From: Takakia lepidozioides | Lineage: Eukaryota; Plantae; Bryophyta | DNA: 64,000 nucleotides | Reading direction: 5' to 3' | Assembly (NCBI GenBank): GCA_030704615.1 | Contig: CM060733.1 | Span: forward strand, 53,506,001-53,570,000 | In this document: positions 39,165-52,130 of the stretch, one piece after another | How positions within the stretch are numbered: position 1 is the stretch's first letter | Layout: each line of letters begins with the position of its first letter | Notes under the pieces: generated by a model | What the model saw: only the letters and a program-made list of their open reading frames with translations | Told to the model about the DNA's origin: nothing | Database searches by the model: none | Program-made: the position numbers and the translations under genes

Positions 39165-41873
39165 TGTGCGTAAAATACAATCAACCAGAACTAAACTTTC
39201 ACTAAGATGCAAGCAGTCAGGGTTCACTACAAGAGATGAGCGTTTTTAGGACTACGGGTTTGGCGGAGTCATAAAAACTGCACTAGGTACATGACTACAG
39301 AGCGCTGAAATGCATTACAGTTTTAGTTTTATGACTTTGTAGTAATGGATATCACTACATGACTCCGGAAAGTTAGGGAGCATTGGTCAAACATTGTTGA
39401 CCATGATGACAGGGATGGTTTATATGACTAGTGTGATATGTTTGACTACACGTGGACGACGTTTCATGGAATCTTATGACTCCATGACTGAAGATGGTTT
39501 CAGAGCTCTATTTATACGACTACATCATTACACGTGTCATTTTGAAGGCACATATAATGCAAATAAGGTTGCCCATTAGGTTTAAAAAAATTAAATTTTT
39601 TGCTAATAAGGTTGCCCATTAGTGTAATCGTGAACAGAAAGGAGGGCTGGGACTTGGCGTCTTTTTGTCTCCTGTGCCACACCACATAGCTAAGGGATGG
39701 AACGCGATGATAGCAGGATATTGCAGGGGCGTGGGATGGAGGCGTTGAGCAAATGATGCACGAAGGAGAAGAGGAGGAGGAGACGAGACGAGGACAAGCG
39801 AGCTCGCCGTTCTTGGGAGAGTCAGCTTGGTCTTAGCAAGCGTGTTTCAATCTCTGACTACTCATCTACGCCGTAGTGGTTCGATCTGACAGATCAATCC
39901 AACATTACCTGACTACAGACACAAGCAGCACACACAAGAGGTCATCGGTCAAATCCTCCATGGGTCAGGACAGGTCAAGGACAATGTGGTAGGGCACCTT
40001 CTTCTTCAACCTATTTTCAGCCTGTGTTGCCCTCTCATCAGACTCGGCCGCAAGATGCATATTGAATTCTGTAAGTTAGGTCGTTGGGTACATCTGTGGT
40101 GGTTTGGAGTGACTTTGGCAAGTTACTGCCAGTGTGGCAGCAGGGAAGTATCCAAAAACATATAATAGAGGTGAGGAGAAGCTTTGGGGTGAACACTTTC
40201 CGACCCCAATGGTGGGACAATGGAGACAAAAAGGCGAATGCCTGTTGGACTACAGAGAGAAGCAGATGCATTTCAGATTGTGATAAGTAGGGTTGGGGTG
40301 TTTTGGGGAAGAACTCCACACCAGTATGGTTGGGGTGTTTGCTGGTAGAATTGTAGGCTGTCAGAGGCATGGATAGCTGAAGGAGCAGGGATAGAGTGTG
40401 GGTCCACATTCATCCAAGAGGGCTGGATTTCAAGCTCCACATTACCTATGATTCCCTGTGGAAGGATAGGTACAAGAAACCTACATGGGTAGATGGTCAA
40501 CTGGAAGCGACATGCTGTACTATATGTCATTACTGTACTATATGTCATTCCAGAGACTGTCATTGTTGGTCCATGTGTTTTACAACAATTCTATCAATAT
40601 AAGACTCCTGGTTCGCATTGGAAGCTCAATCCCTGCAAGTTCATTGTGTGTGAAGTTCAAACTTGCGATTTGAAGGATCTTGTAGCCAAGTTCATTCAAC
40701 CGGAAAGAAGAAATTCTGAAAGCTCCCAAATTTGATGTGGGCAAGTTTATGGAGGTATGACTTAGCTTCCCTCCTCTAATGTAAGTGTTGGATAAGTTTC
40801 ATTTAGTGTCGACCTTCACTGCATATATTGGCTCTTTTCTTGGCTGGTTTCATATTTTCTTGGCTGGTATGTTGTTGGTTGGCTTCTTTCATTTCACGTG
40901 TGTAGTGGAAGGGGAGAAGTACTTTCCTAAGTTCTGCTGCAACAATGCCTAGATGTTTTCGATGGATACAAATTGAAGTGCTTTGAATGTTGCTGCAATA
41001 CTATAATAAAGTGGAGGGTGCTGAATGCAGTTGGCCTTGCTTCGTGCAGGCATAATCCAGGGAAATGTGGACATAGCTGAAACCCCATGATAGCATTTCC
41101 AGAGGACGGTGTGGATGGCCTCACAATCCAACATGCAAAATCCATGACAATGTGGAGCTGGCTGAATGGGCAAACAGGTTAAGTGGCGAACAAGCCACGT
41201 CACTGGTACATAGTTGCATGCTTACATAGTACATGAAAGCGTACTATATGTCATTCCCGAAATTGACCATGTTGGTCCATGTATTTTACAACAATGCTAT
41301 CAATAAAAGACCAATGGTTCGCATTGGAAACTCTATCCCCGTAAGTGGCTTGTGCGTGATGCTCAAACTTGTGATTTGAAGGATCTTATACCCCAGTTCA
41401 TTGCAGAGGTCATTGGAAAAGACATTGAGAAGGCAACAGCCGTTATCTATAATCTACAGATCCCCTTCAATTTGATGTGGGAAAGCCGGCTGGCTGGAGG
41501 TCTAGTCTCACTTTCACTCATCTAATGTCAGTGTTGTATCCATTGCAATGTGGAGATGTTTGAAACAACATTGGAGCATTTCCAGAGGATGGTCTGGATG
41601 GCCTTTCGTGGCGTGTGCCGAATCCATGGCAAGAAAACATTGCAGGCAAAACCCATGGCAATGGTACCAGCACGGGTTGGTCCAAAGCCAATTGCAACAA
41701 CAAATGAATAAAGGGTGCTGAAAGGAAAGCACTCCATAATTGATCATAAAATCCAGTGTCCAAGCATGATATCTTAATGGGAATGCGAAGGGAGTGTTAC
41801 CACCTTAAACTATCATGCATGGTCTATAACTGGAGTGCACAAATCGCGCATATCTAATCTTCATCATCCTCAT

Positions 41874-44800
41874 CTATGTCTGGGTCACTACATGTATCAC
41901 TGTCTTCATCACAACTTCATCTTCGCCAAGGGTTGGCTGAACATCATCACCACGTATACGGGGTGCTCGGAGGTACAAGGAGGCCACCTGCTCTGGAGTA
42001 ACCGGTACCGCTCGGCTGCATGTTGGGCCATCAGTAACCACAGTCTCCTCTAGTCTTTGTGGGGCTAACAATCCTTCCACTTCCGCCACATCATCATTAT
42101 CAATTGATATGTCGCAGACCACTCTACGTGCTCGGGGGCTCTTCTCCAGGACGACTTTCCACCCTGGCTCCTTCACACAATCAGAAAAAAAACACTTGAT
42201 CAACCTGGCCAGGAAACACAAAAGGTTGCTCAGAAGGTGGAAGCATACGGTTAAAATTGACAAGTGTGAAGCCAGCATCATCCTGCTTCATTGACATAGG
42301 TTGACGACCCACGCGACTCGCCCGTACCCACGAACACAAAAACACTATAGGCTGTGTTTGGCCATAGTCAATTTGCAAAATCTCCCTTATAAGACCCACA
42401 TATCTTGTAGGTTCCTCCATGTCATTGCCTGAATTGTTGGTAATGGGCTGGTGCTGGAAAACAGATGAGACTCCACAATCAAAAGACACCATACTTGTTG
42501 TGTTCATGCCGGGGGATGTAACCCTGTAATGGTTACCATACGCTGTCATACTCTTGAATGACAGGGCAGTAAATGATGGAGGCCTTGAAAGATCCAGTAA
42601 TTCCTCACGTGTTGTAGGATCAAGCCCATCTGATTGAATTGAGAGATGATCCCGTACACCTTGAGGGAGCCAAACAGCAAATGGAGGACAAGGATGCAAA
42701 TCAGGAGGGTACTGAATTGCCGTGGGATTGCTCATGCCTTCCAGCCCTTGCTCCTCACGAAACAAGCGTCGTCTGGCTTCTATCCGTGTGGACTCTGCTT
42801 CATATATCCTGTCACAATCCGAGGGTCAGCCAGGAGATTGACAGAGGTGGCGTGGGAGATTTGAAAAGACGCCATATGCCAACTAATGATAAATGACTAA
42901 AACTTGGAAATCTGAATGTCAATGAAGTAGATTTCTTACCCCAACATGACTGATAGACGAGGATGGTTCTGAATGATGTACTCATGTACAATATCACACA
43001 GGTCATTCAATTTTCGGGCTTTAGAACTTCCTTCCACAACTTCACGTTCCACAGATTCTGCCTCATCTGCATCCCACACCCTTCGTACACTTCCATCAAA
43101 TCCTGCCATATACTCTGTGCAAAAACCCAATGCTTCTTCAAATTGGTATCCTTCTGCCATGCTCCCCTCGGGCCTTGCCATGTTTCTTACGTAGCCCTTC
43201 ATATCTTTCATTGCCCGCTCCATGGGGTACATCCAACGAGATGCTACGGGCCCGCATAAGTACAACTCATCCACTAGGTGAACAACCAGATGTGTCATCA
43301 CATCAAAAAATGATGGTGGGAACTCCTTCTCTATAAGACACAGAGTGAGAACTGCTTCAGTTCTCAATTCCTCATACTCTACAGGATTCACCACTTTTGC
43401 ACACAACTTCTTAAATACACGACATACTCGCAAAATGGCCCTTCGAGGACCACTTGGCATGAGCCCACGGATAGCAAGCGGTATAATTTGCTGCATGAGC
43501 ACATGATAGTCATGTGATTTCATGCCTGACAACTTCTTCTTCACCACATGCTTTTTGAAAGCTGATGCGTAGCCTGTTGGCACTTTCAAGTTCTGCACAA
43601 TCTCCAGAAAGACTTGTAACTCAGCCTCAGTGAGGACATAAGGGGCAGGAGGCATAATTAACGTATCTGCTCTGTCAGGATCACGTTGTAGCCACAATTC
43701 CGGGCGCATCCCAAGTAGCTCCAAATCACGGCGAACTTTCAATGTGTCTTTCTCACCAAAGATAGTTTTAATAATATTTTCAGCCAAGTTCTTCTCGCAA
43801 TGCATTGCGTCAAACGTGTGGCGGATGAGGAGACCCTACAAAATGAACACATAAGCAATTGAGCATTTACTCATCACAATTTAAACAGAAAACGCAAAAA
43901 TGTACACAGCCAATTTAAAGGCCATGAAGGAATTACCTCCCAATAAGGTAAGACATATAAAATTGACAATCGCTTAACTCCATGAGTTTTTGCTGGGTCT
44001 GTCCTGCTATCTGGCGTCCCTCCGTTTTCCACCCATGCAGTGCGAGCTGTTGCAAGGTCCTTGATTTGTGTTCCAGTCTGCGTTTTTGGAGGAGTTCCAT
44101 GCTCAGTAGCGCCATTGAACATTCTTGACCTTCTATATGGATGATTGCGGGCCAAAAATCTTCGGTGGCCTAGGAAAACAATTTTTCCACATGTGTGTAA
44201 CTGCTGTGAAGTCACCCCGGGTCCACAAGCTGGACAACCAGCATAACCTTTCGTCACTTGACCTGAGAGCAAGCCATATGCAGGGTAGTCATGGATTGAC
44301 CACATCAACACTGCCCTCAGTGTGAATTCGCGTTGACCACGAGGACGGGAAACATCATGAGCTGCAATCCCTCTCCATAGTTCCAATAGCTCTTCCACTA
44401 GGGGCATCAGGTAAACATCTACGTTGTCCGAGGTAACAGACTCCTTACCAGGAATCAGTAGCGCTAACATGACAAAGAACTTTTGGTCATTAACCACGGA
44501 GGCAGATTGTAATTGACCAAGAGAACGGGCCATGTGCTCCAACTTGTGGATTGAGCTCGTAGGGATTTACACCGTCTAAGGCCAATCCAAATCGCAGAGA
44601 TCGTGGCTCTGCAGCAAAATCCGCAAATGTGGTGTCAATGTGTCTCCATGCTTTGCTATCAGCTGGATGTCGAACCAACCCATCCTGGCTCTTATGTCTG
44701 TCGTGCCATGTCATGAGGTTAGCGATCGATTTACATCGGTACATACGTTTCAACCTTGGAATGACAGGGAATTGTCGCAATACTTTCTTGGGCACACTTC

Positions 44801-46004
44801 CACGACCTGGAATGTAACGGGAACTGCGGCACACTGGGCAAATGTCTACATTCTCATACTCCCCACGGAAGAGTACACAACCACGCTCACAGGCATGAAT
44901 CATCGTGTACTGCAATCCCATCTTGGCAATCATGGTTTTTGCTTCATAGTGAGTTTTCGGCAATGAATTCTCTTTAGGCAAAAAACTCTTACGCAACAAT
45001 CCCAGAAGCTCATCCACAAATGCATTGGTGCACTTGTGGGTATGCATGCGTTCAGCAACGTCAAAGTTGCTTGCAGCCGGCTGATGGAGCACCCTTCAAA
45101 AAGTGGACATTGCGACGCTCGGAAGAGTTTATCATACTCGGGATCAACGTGCAGGTGAGCATTCTCATCAAATTCATTGTCTCCCGAATCGTCGAGATCA
45201 TCGTCATGATCGGCAAATGTGTGATCGGTTCCACCATGAATGGGGTCCTCTCTGTTTGCATCTGCAAAGATAAACGCTTCCTGCAATGCACGCTGCATTT
45301 CTACCTCCAATCCACCACTCTCATCTGCGTTCTCTGTGACATTGGGCTCCCGCTGTGCCGCAGGGCCTTCGTCTTCATCATCTGAATATTCACATCCCTG
45401 CATCCCAATAGTCATCTTGTGAGTGGACCAACAACGATGTGACACTTGTTCATATTATGACATAGGAGGCACGGCGACGTTGCAGTGATGCAGTCATATT
45501 TACGTATGTATCTTATGAATATACACCCAATCAAAACACGACATTTGTAACCATTGAAGTCATAGTTGCAGTCACTTACTTAGTCATATATGACTACATG
45601 ACTACACATGACCAATGAAAACACGACATGTGCATTAATTAAAGTGATAACGGAAGTGGCGTAGTCATACTCACGTCTGTATCTTATGACTTCTTGACTA
45701 CAATCACCCAACGAAATGTCGACATGTGGAGAAGAGGATCGTTGCATTCAAAATTCAAACTAAAGTGCTGAAGGGAAAGTGACGATCTTACCGGAAGAGA
45801 ACAGCGTTGGAGAAGAGGATCCCTCCCGTGTATCATGTAATGATTCCTCACTGTTTCCAACAAGAGTACTTTTCCTCCATGACACTCATCGCAGTTGCAT
45901 AACATTTTTGTATGCCCATTCCTTGTGGCATAAGCTTCTTCCATTCGCCATAGACGGTCATCTATTCTACGCCTACGCATCCGTTCGCCACCTGCACTGT
46001 ACAT
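41874..46004 (-). pseudogene. CACTA transposase (TnpD/TNP2-like; Transposase_21 and DUF4218-type regions), spliced and frameshifted
   Basis: Motifs: LCNCDEC, IHACERGCVLF..CPVC, RHPADSKAW, LALDGVNP, WSIHDYPAYG, GCPAC, FDAMHCEKN, GMKSHDYHV, FFDVMTHLVVHL, RWMYPMER, EGSMAEGY, EQPFVFPGQVDQVFF. Intron at about 43838-43935; frameshifts near 45050, 44540 and 42940. Confidence 0.92.
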
Positions 46005-46574
46005 GCTTTGAACGTCACCCCTTCCCTCTTTGCATGCTACGCACAGTGCATTGTCTCTAGTTTTGCACCAGCTGCCAATGTGCTATTTCTATATCTATAG
46101 TATACTATAAGTATCGTTTCTGAGTGTCCATGGTGAAGCGGAAGGTCTTCGAAGTGACAGTCCCTCTCACTGAGTACGAGAAGTTCCGAGAGCGCCGGAT
46201 TGCTGCCATAAAGGAGGTGGAAGCAACGTTCAAGCAGTCGATAGATGGGTGAGTTTAGTTCCTGACTTTGGATACCCACCCACTAAACTTGCGATTTGCC
46301 TTATCCTCTAACCTTCCTACAGCGATCATAAGCTTCATAGCACAAATGGGGGCGAGTAGCTGCGACTTGTACAAACAGAGAGGCAAACAACATGCAGTGA
46401 GTGACGATTAGGTTTGAGGACGGTGTGTCATTAGGCGGGAGATGTCCGCCGTCATTCGTGGGCATGCATTACGTCCTGGTAGGGTGCGGCTGTGGTTCAG
46501 CGTAGGCTTAAGAGTATTAGGGTATGTATGCTTACATTTGTTTGTGATTGTTTGAGAGGGAGGTCATGGAGGTG

Positions 46575-49076
46575 TTTGTGCAGGCTTGCGGGAGCGAATC
46601 GCCCTCGCAAGCCACGCGCTCCAAAGGAAAAAGGTAGGGATCAAGGTCCTGCAAGGCAAAGTGCCAGACTGAAGACGATGAAGACTACGATTCTGCATGA
46701 GGGCTCTTCTGAGGACGATGAGGACGATCCACTCCTCCCACGCCAGTGCGAGGCGAGTGCGTCGTCGGCGGATGCCACGGCAAGCCGAGGAGAACATGCC
46801 CATGCTCATGTCGCAGGACAAAAACGCCCATCATCTACACTACGAACACCTTCTCCGTCTGTGAGTTATAGTTCTTCACAATGACCATGATTCTAATTAT
46901 GTATGTTTTTGGTAAAATCACGAAGAGATAGGGTATGTCTGTCAAGACAGGGAAGTTGGACAATGCAGGGGTCAGCCAAGGCACAATCACAAATGATTTC
47001 CACTAGACAAGTTGAAGTGCCAAAGGCATGATGTCAGGCCAATGTAGACTTCAGGTGTGTTCAAATTCTTTGCCCCATGAAACCAACGTCCTGGTACTAA
47101 GCTACAATGGCTACTTATAGAGATACTTGGGTTACTTATGCACCCAGAATATCAGTAAAACTTGGAGGATACTTCTCATGGACCCATCAGGTTTGTCCAT
47201 TTGAATTCTTGCTATGGATTTCAGGAACACCCCATACCTAAGAGGGCTAAAAAATGTACTGGGAGGACATCATTGGGGCCAATCAAATTTGGGAGATTTA
47301 CTGCCCAAGATCATACTGAGTTTTGGGTAATTTTGTCCTTACAAATGATATGTGCTTCCAGTTTGTTTTGCCTAAATTCAAGGATTTGCTGCTTGCTGCC
47401 TATATGTATGTGTAATCACCCACATTGTACTGGGGGAATTTCTTTTCAGGGCAAGCACAAGCGCACTGGATCCACGATCCCTGCTGCTAGCAATGGAGAT
47501 GGCACCCACAAGAACGCAGGAGGTGGCCCTAACTCTCCCAACGTTGTGGGTTTGGTGCCACCAATACCCCCACCTTATTATGGTATGCCTCAGTACCCAC
47601 AGTCTGGCACTCAGTATGGTCAGGGTCAATATGGTGCTCCTCCATATGGGCAGTATGGCCAGTATCCTCCTCCACCATATTTGCCACCCCCTAATAGCTA
47701 TGGGGGTGGTAGGCCACCGGAATATCCTCCTGCTTATGGACAGTATGGCCAGTATGGTCCTCGGCCTTCTGGCCAACAACCATGGCCACCAGTCCCTACT
47801 TGGCAGGATCCTGCTTTGAATTCTCCTGAGCGCACGGAGGTCTCTGAAGGAGGGGAGGGTGTCGTTTCAATGAATGATAGAACCAATATTTTAAGGAGGG
47901 CTAATAGCTCAGCCAAAATTGAAGCTGCCAAGGTGAAGGAAGAGAGAATAGCTGCAAGTCTTCCTCCCACGGTGATTTTGACGAACCTCAAAGGAGCCCT
48001 GTATGGTCAGACCCGGAATGTATGGCACGCTGCCCTTAAAGGACAGGCTTATCGCAAGCTAGATTGTTCCCTTGCCATCAACAACCAACCTGATGAAGTT
48101 GTATACGAAATCAGAGATCACCTGGCTAAGCTATTTTCATATACGCCGCACGAGTTAAAAGACTTCCACCTAAAACAAACAATTGGCAGAATAATGAAGA
48201 GCCAGCGTTATGAAGCACACACTGTGTGGTTGGGTGGTAAGGGGAAACCCATTACTGTATCTGACGAGGTTTGGAACAAGCTTGTAAGTTACTGGCAGAC
48301 AGAGGTGTTCCACAAAGTGTCGGGCAACATGAAGAAGGCAAATGGTGCAATTCTGAATCCTACCAAGACTGGCCGTGGTGGGAAGGCAATGGTGGAAGCA
48401 CACTTGGTAAGTGGCATCATCACGACTCTGTATTTTGTTCCTCATTGAATTGCTATGTGTATATAGTCAGCCCTCACATTGCTTACTGACTTGTGGCATG
48501 GGTTTGTTTGTGGCATGGATTAATTTGTAGGAAACACTATCAGGGTGCCCTCCTACATTATATGAAATTCAAGAGGGTTCAGTGTCACGGTTGTCAGCTG
48601 GGAGTGACAGGCGGGTAAGTGTGTTTTCCACGTTTGCTAGAGTGGTTGCTGCATCATAGGTTGCTAGGGTTTTTTTCACGGCTTTTGGCCTGGGTTTTCT
48701 CTCCAATGGTTGTTCATGCTAGGTTTTTTTGGTTTGATTCATACTTGGGCAAGTTTTCATGGATTGGCAGGAGGGAAGTCTCGCATATTCTACAGTAGTT
48801 GGCAAGATGGATGGCTTGGACAAACTGGTGGAATCACAAGGACGTGACATGGCAGAATTAAAATTACAGATGCAGAGTATGATTGAGTACCAGAAAGCCA
48901 TTGTGACCAGATTGGGGATTAATCTACCAGGCGCAGGACCAGTGACATCTACGATGGATACGTCTGCTGTGACAGTATCAAAATGTTTGGAATCCCAATT
49001 TCAGACGGTAACTGGTGCTCACTCTAAGCCCTTATGTCTTCCTGTCACTGATGATCTTTTGAATTTGACCGAGTAG
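46575..49076 (+). CDS. CACTA second gene, TnpA/Ptta-like region (multi-exon; G/Y/P/Q-rich low-complexity segment)
   Basis: KPITVSDEVWNKLVSYWQTEVFHKVSGNMKKAN..TGRGG matches the plant Ptta/En-Spm (Transposase_24) pattern. It is followed by a coiled-coil exon (48759-49076) ending at a stop. Exon boundaries are approximate. Confidence 0.65.
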
Positions 49077-49112
49077 CAGCAGGATACAGGGAAGGCCAGC
49101 TGTGAGGTACAC

Positions 49113-49937
49113 GTGGAAATTCAGCCCTTGCCACGTACAAAGGCAGTAGCAGTCCAGGGGGCAATGGTGACAGAGCCGCCGGGCACACCGGATTCTGGTA
49201 TGCAGGTATGTGGGAATTTAGATGGGGAGGAAGATGCAGACGGGGACAAAACAAACAAGCAGGTTGCTTTAATTTCTCCTGCTCACATGTTGAAGCCAAA
49301 TGTCAGTTTACTTCCTGGACCAACGAGGAAGCATTTACTAATTCTGGACTTAAATGGTCTGTTATGTGAATCTTTTCATTCTGCTAATGGGCCTGCATCC
49401 CTTCCCAAAGGTTTTGTGGGGAAGATGGTAGTTTTGAGACCACGCTGTTATGACTTTTTGCAAAAGTGTTTTGATCACTTTGAGGTGGCGGTGTGGTCTT
49501 GTTGCCAAGCTCGCAACTTCTTCCCAATGGTGGACTATATTTTTGCAGCCCACACTAACCTGGTTTTCCAGTGGGATGCCCTTCACTGTGACGAGGATCC
49601 AGTCCTCCCATGCCGTAAGGGGTCTGATTCAAAGCCATTATATTTCAAGAACTTGTCTACAGTGTGGGCAGACTGGCCAGAATGGACTTATGAGGACACT
49701 GTTCTTGTTGACGACACACCAAGAAAGGTGGCAAACAATCCTCCCTTCAGTGGGATTTTTCCAGAGCTATGGAAGGTGCAACCAGATTCACCAACTGATG
49801 AGTATCTAACAGAGGTGTTGTGGCCTTTCTTGTGGAAGGCATCGAAAGCTGCCAGTATTCCCAAGTTTTTGGAGTCTCAACCTGTTTTCGGACAACAACC
49901 ATACAACACTGCTACTGTGAAGGTACAAACATTCTGA
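49113..49937 (+). CDS. FCP1-homology / NIF-type HAD phosphatase domain inside the CACTA
   Basis: RKHLLILDLNGLL, LRPRCYDFLQKCFDHFEVAVWS, FQWDALHC, KPLYFKNLSTVW, TVLVDDTPRKVANNPPFSGIFP. The ORF is uninterrupted. Confidence 0.88.
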   Translation: MEIQPLPRTKAVAVQGAMVTEPPGTPDSGMQVCGNLDGEEDADGDKTNKQVALISPAHMLKPNVSLLPGPTRKHLLILDLNGLLCESFHSANGPASLPKGFVGKMVVLRPRCYDFLQKCFDHFEVAVWSCCQARNFFPMVDYIFAAHTNLVFQWDALHCDEDPVLPCRKGSDSKPLYFKNLSTVWADWPEWTYEDTVLVDDTPRKVANNPPFSGIFPELWKVQPDSPTDEYLTEVLWPFLWKASKAASIPKFLESQPVFGQQPYNTATVKVQTF

Positions 49938-50404
49938 CAGTGCTCCAGAGGCTACATTTTTGTGGGTTCATTCATTGCATTGCTTTCCTGGATGCTTCTC
50001 CTCGGTTGCTTGATTAATGCTAGGTTTTCTTTGCAGCTTTTCATGTTGGCTTTTTTTGTTTGATTCATACTTGGATTTTGTTTCTATTCACTATTCCTGT
50101 TTGCTCATTGCTTTCCTGGTTGATCTCTGGTTTGTGACACAGGAACTTGTGACAAACAAAGGCGATATTGTCGACAAGCCGGTACAGACGAGGGGCAAGA
50201 GTGTCAACCCGGCGAGTAGCCCCCCAAAAGAGGTCTCACCACCACTGGAGACTGCAAATGGAGTAAGTCCAGGCCGTTGTCTTGTCTGTTATATTTTTTC
50301 CAACCTTGGGGCTCTCTTTAACTCGCAAATGTTGAGTGTCCTAGTCGTGTGTATGTCATGGGTTTTCACATCGTGTTCTTTTTTGTGTGGAGTTGGGATC
50401 ACAG

Positions 50405-50686
50405 TTCAGGGTGGGTGACGAGGTTCGGCTGTTGGATGTGAACTCCAAACGCAAGAAATGTGGAGTAGGGCTGATTGTTGTTCTTCAAGGTGCTGTGGTG
50501 GATTACGGGTACCCTGCTGTGCCCCTTGATTATGCCTGTGTGTACATCAAAGAGGCATGTGTCAGTAACACCCCTTTACCATATGTGAATGGTGTTAGGA
50601 AACAGACTGAGTTGGGGCAGGTGGTTGGCCAGACAACACTTTGGAGTCTAAAGTTACTGAAACTTATGGAGCTGCGGAAGGGATAG
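50405..50686 (+). CDS. Tnp1/En-Spm-type C-terminal domain exon
   Basis: VRLLD..GVGLI...DYACVYIKEACVSNTPLPY...LGQVVGQTTLW resembles the C-terminal beta domain of CACTA TnpA/Tnp1-like proteins. Confidence 0.6.
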   Translation, partial: FRVGDEVRLLDVNSKRKKCGVGLIVVLQGAVVDYGYPAVPLDYACVYIKEACVSNTPLPYVNGVRKQTELGQVVGQTTLWSLKLLKLMELRKG

Positions 50687-51289
50687 TCAGTATTGCACTG
50701 TTTAACAGACTTCTTGATTCTAATAGCACTAGAACATACTAGCTACAACAATTCAGCCCATGTGTGGGCTTGCTTGTTTTTGGCTGGGCCTTTTGAGGCA
50801 TGGATTTTTTTACCTTGTGGCTTTTGAGGTGTCCATTGGGATAATGGTCTCATTTGGATTTTTGTAATGTGATTTATAGGGCTTGTATTGCCCTGTAGTT
50901 GACTATTTTCATTCTCCTTGTGGTTGATAGTATGCAGGAGGGATCCATTCTATTTTCATGTTGGAATTTCACCATGTAATGAAGATTTTAAATCATTTAA
51001 TTCACTTCATTTTAAATAATAATATTAAAAATAATACCATTAAAAAAAATCCAAGGCTGCAATCTCCCTGTTCTTTTAAATATTAAATGAAAACTAAAAA
51101 TTAAAATATGAACATTAAAATATAAACTATTTCGGAAAACAATCTTGATGACACGTGGCATCACTCTTGCTCAAACCAGAACACGTGGCAGTATATGACA
51201 CGACATTCTTTATCCATATTTTCACCACGTGTAAAGATCCGTAGTCATATATGCTAGTCATATATTTTGTCTGTGTGCCACATGTCACA

Positions 51290-51612
51290 TCTCAAGTGCA
51301 ACAGGTGTCCCGCTAATCTCTCTCCATGTAGACATCCCTGTAGTCATATGAGCGAGTCATGTAGTCACCACGTGTGAAATCTGCCATAGCACACGTGTCT
51401 CGCTAGTGCCTCTCCATGTAGGCATCACTGTGCAGACATGTAGTCATATGATCATGGCAAGAAGTCGTGACATGTCAAATTCACAGTGACGCACGTGTCC
51501 ATCCGTCGCCTCTCCATGTAGGCATCACTTTGCAGACATATAGTCATATGATCCCTTGACGAATGCATGACGTGTCGCTTGCGCAGTGGCGCACGTGTCC
51601 CGCTGAAGCCTC
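51290..51612. repeat. Tandem subterminal repeats of about 90-105 bp in the CACTA right arm
   Basis: Three units of CACGTGTC...CTCTCCATGTAGGCATCACT...TAGTCATATGA. A fourth unit is split and resumes at about 52120-52170. Confidence 0.8.
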
Positions 51613-51684
51613 GCTCAACATCCGACTCGTGGGGGTGGGACCACGCATGCACAAACCCAAGGTGGATTCCCACCTGCAAGTCTG

Positions 51685-52130
51685 TTGGATGGCAAGATTG
51701 TCGGAACAGAAATCAGGGAAGAGGAAGCAGAATATCTGGACAGAATGGAACTCGCTTTGGGAACACCAGAGGGGCAGGTGGAAGGAGATGAATTATCGTG
51801 TGACGGAGTAGATAGTGTCACGGAAAGAGTGCAGGAAGATATGTGGTCGAATTACACCTTGAGCACGTTTGAGACCTGTGATGTGACTATTGGAGCATGG
51901 GTGGAGAATGCAGAAAAGCCATTGTACACAGGTCTTTCCTGTCCGTTAATTTCCCCTACGCGCAGATGTGATCACAGGGGCTTGGATACTAAGTATCTGC
52001 AGCGGCAATGGGTGCCATTAGATTGCCCGCTGTCATGCCCACTGGACGGCAAGAAGCTCTTGCAGCAGCTGCAGAATCAGACAGTGTTAATTGTTGGTGA
52101 CTCTGTCAGCTCCACCTTTGCTGAAGCTCT
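51685..52130 (+). pseudogene. Captured TBL/PC-esterase (polysaccharide O-acetyltransferase) gene fragment
   Basis: CDVTIGAWV..PLYTGLSCPLI....C..RGLDTKYL..QWVPLDC (PMR5N-like) and LLQQLQNQTVLIVGDS (GDS motif). It is truncated before the DxxH motif. Confidence 0.85.

Noticed and set aside
47560-47800. Captured glycine/proline-rich cell wall protein or prion-like gene
   Set aside because: It is in frame with the Ptta-like region and is best explained as a low-complexity linker of the TnpA-like protein.
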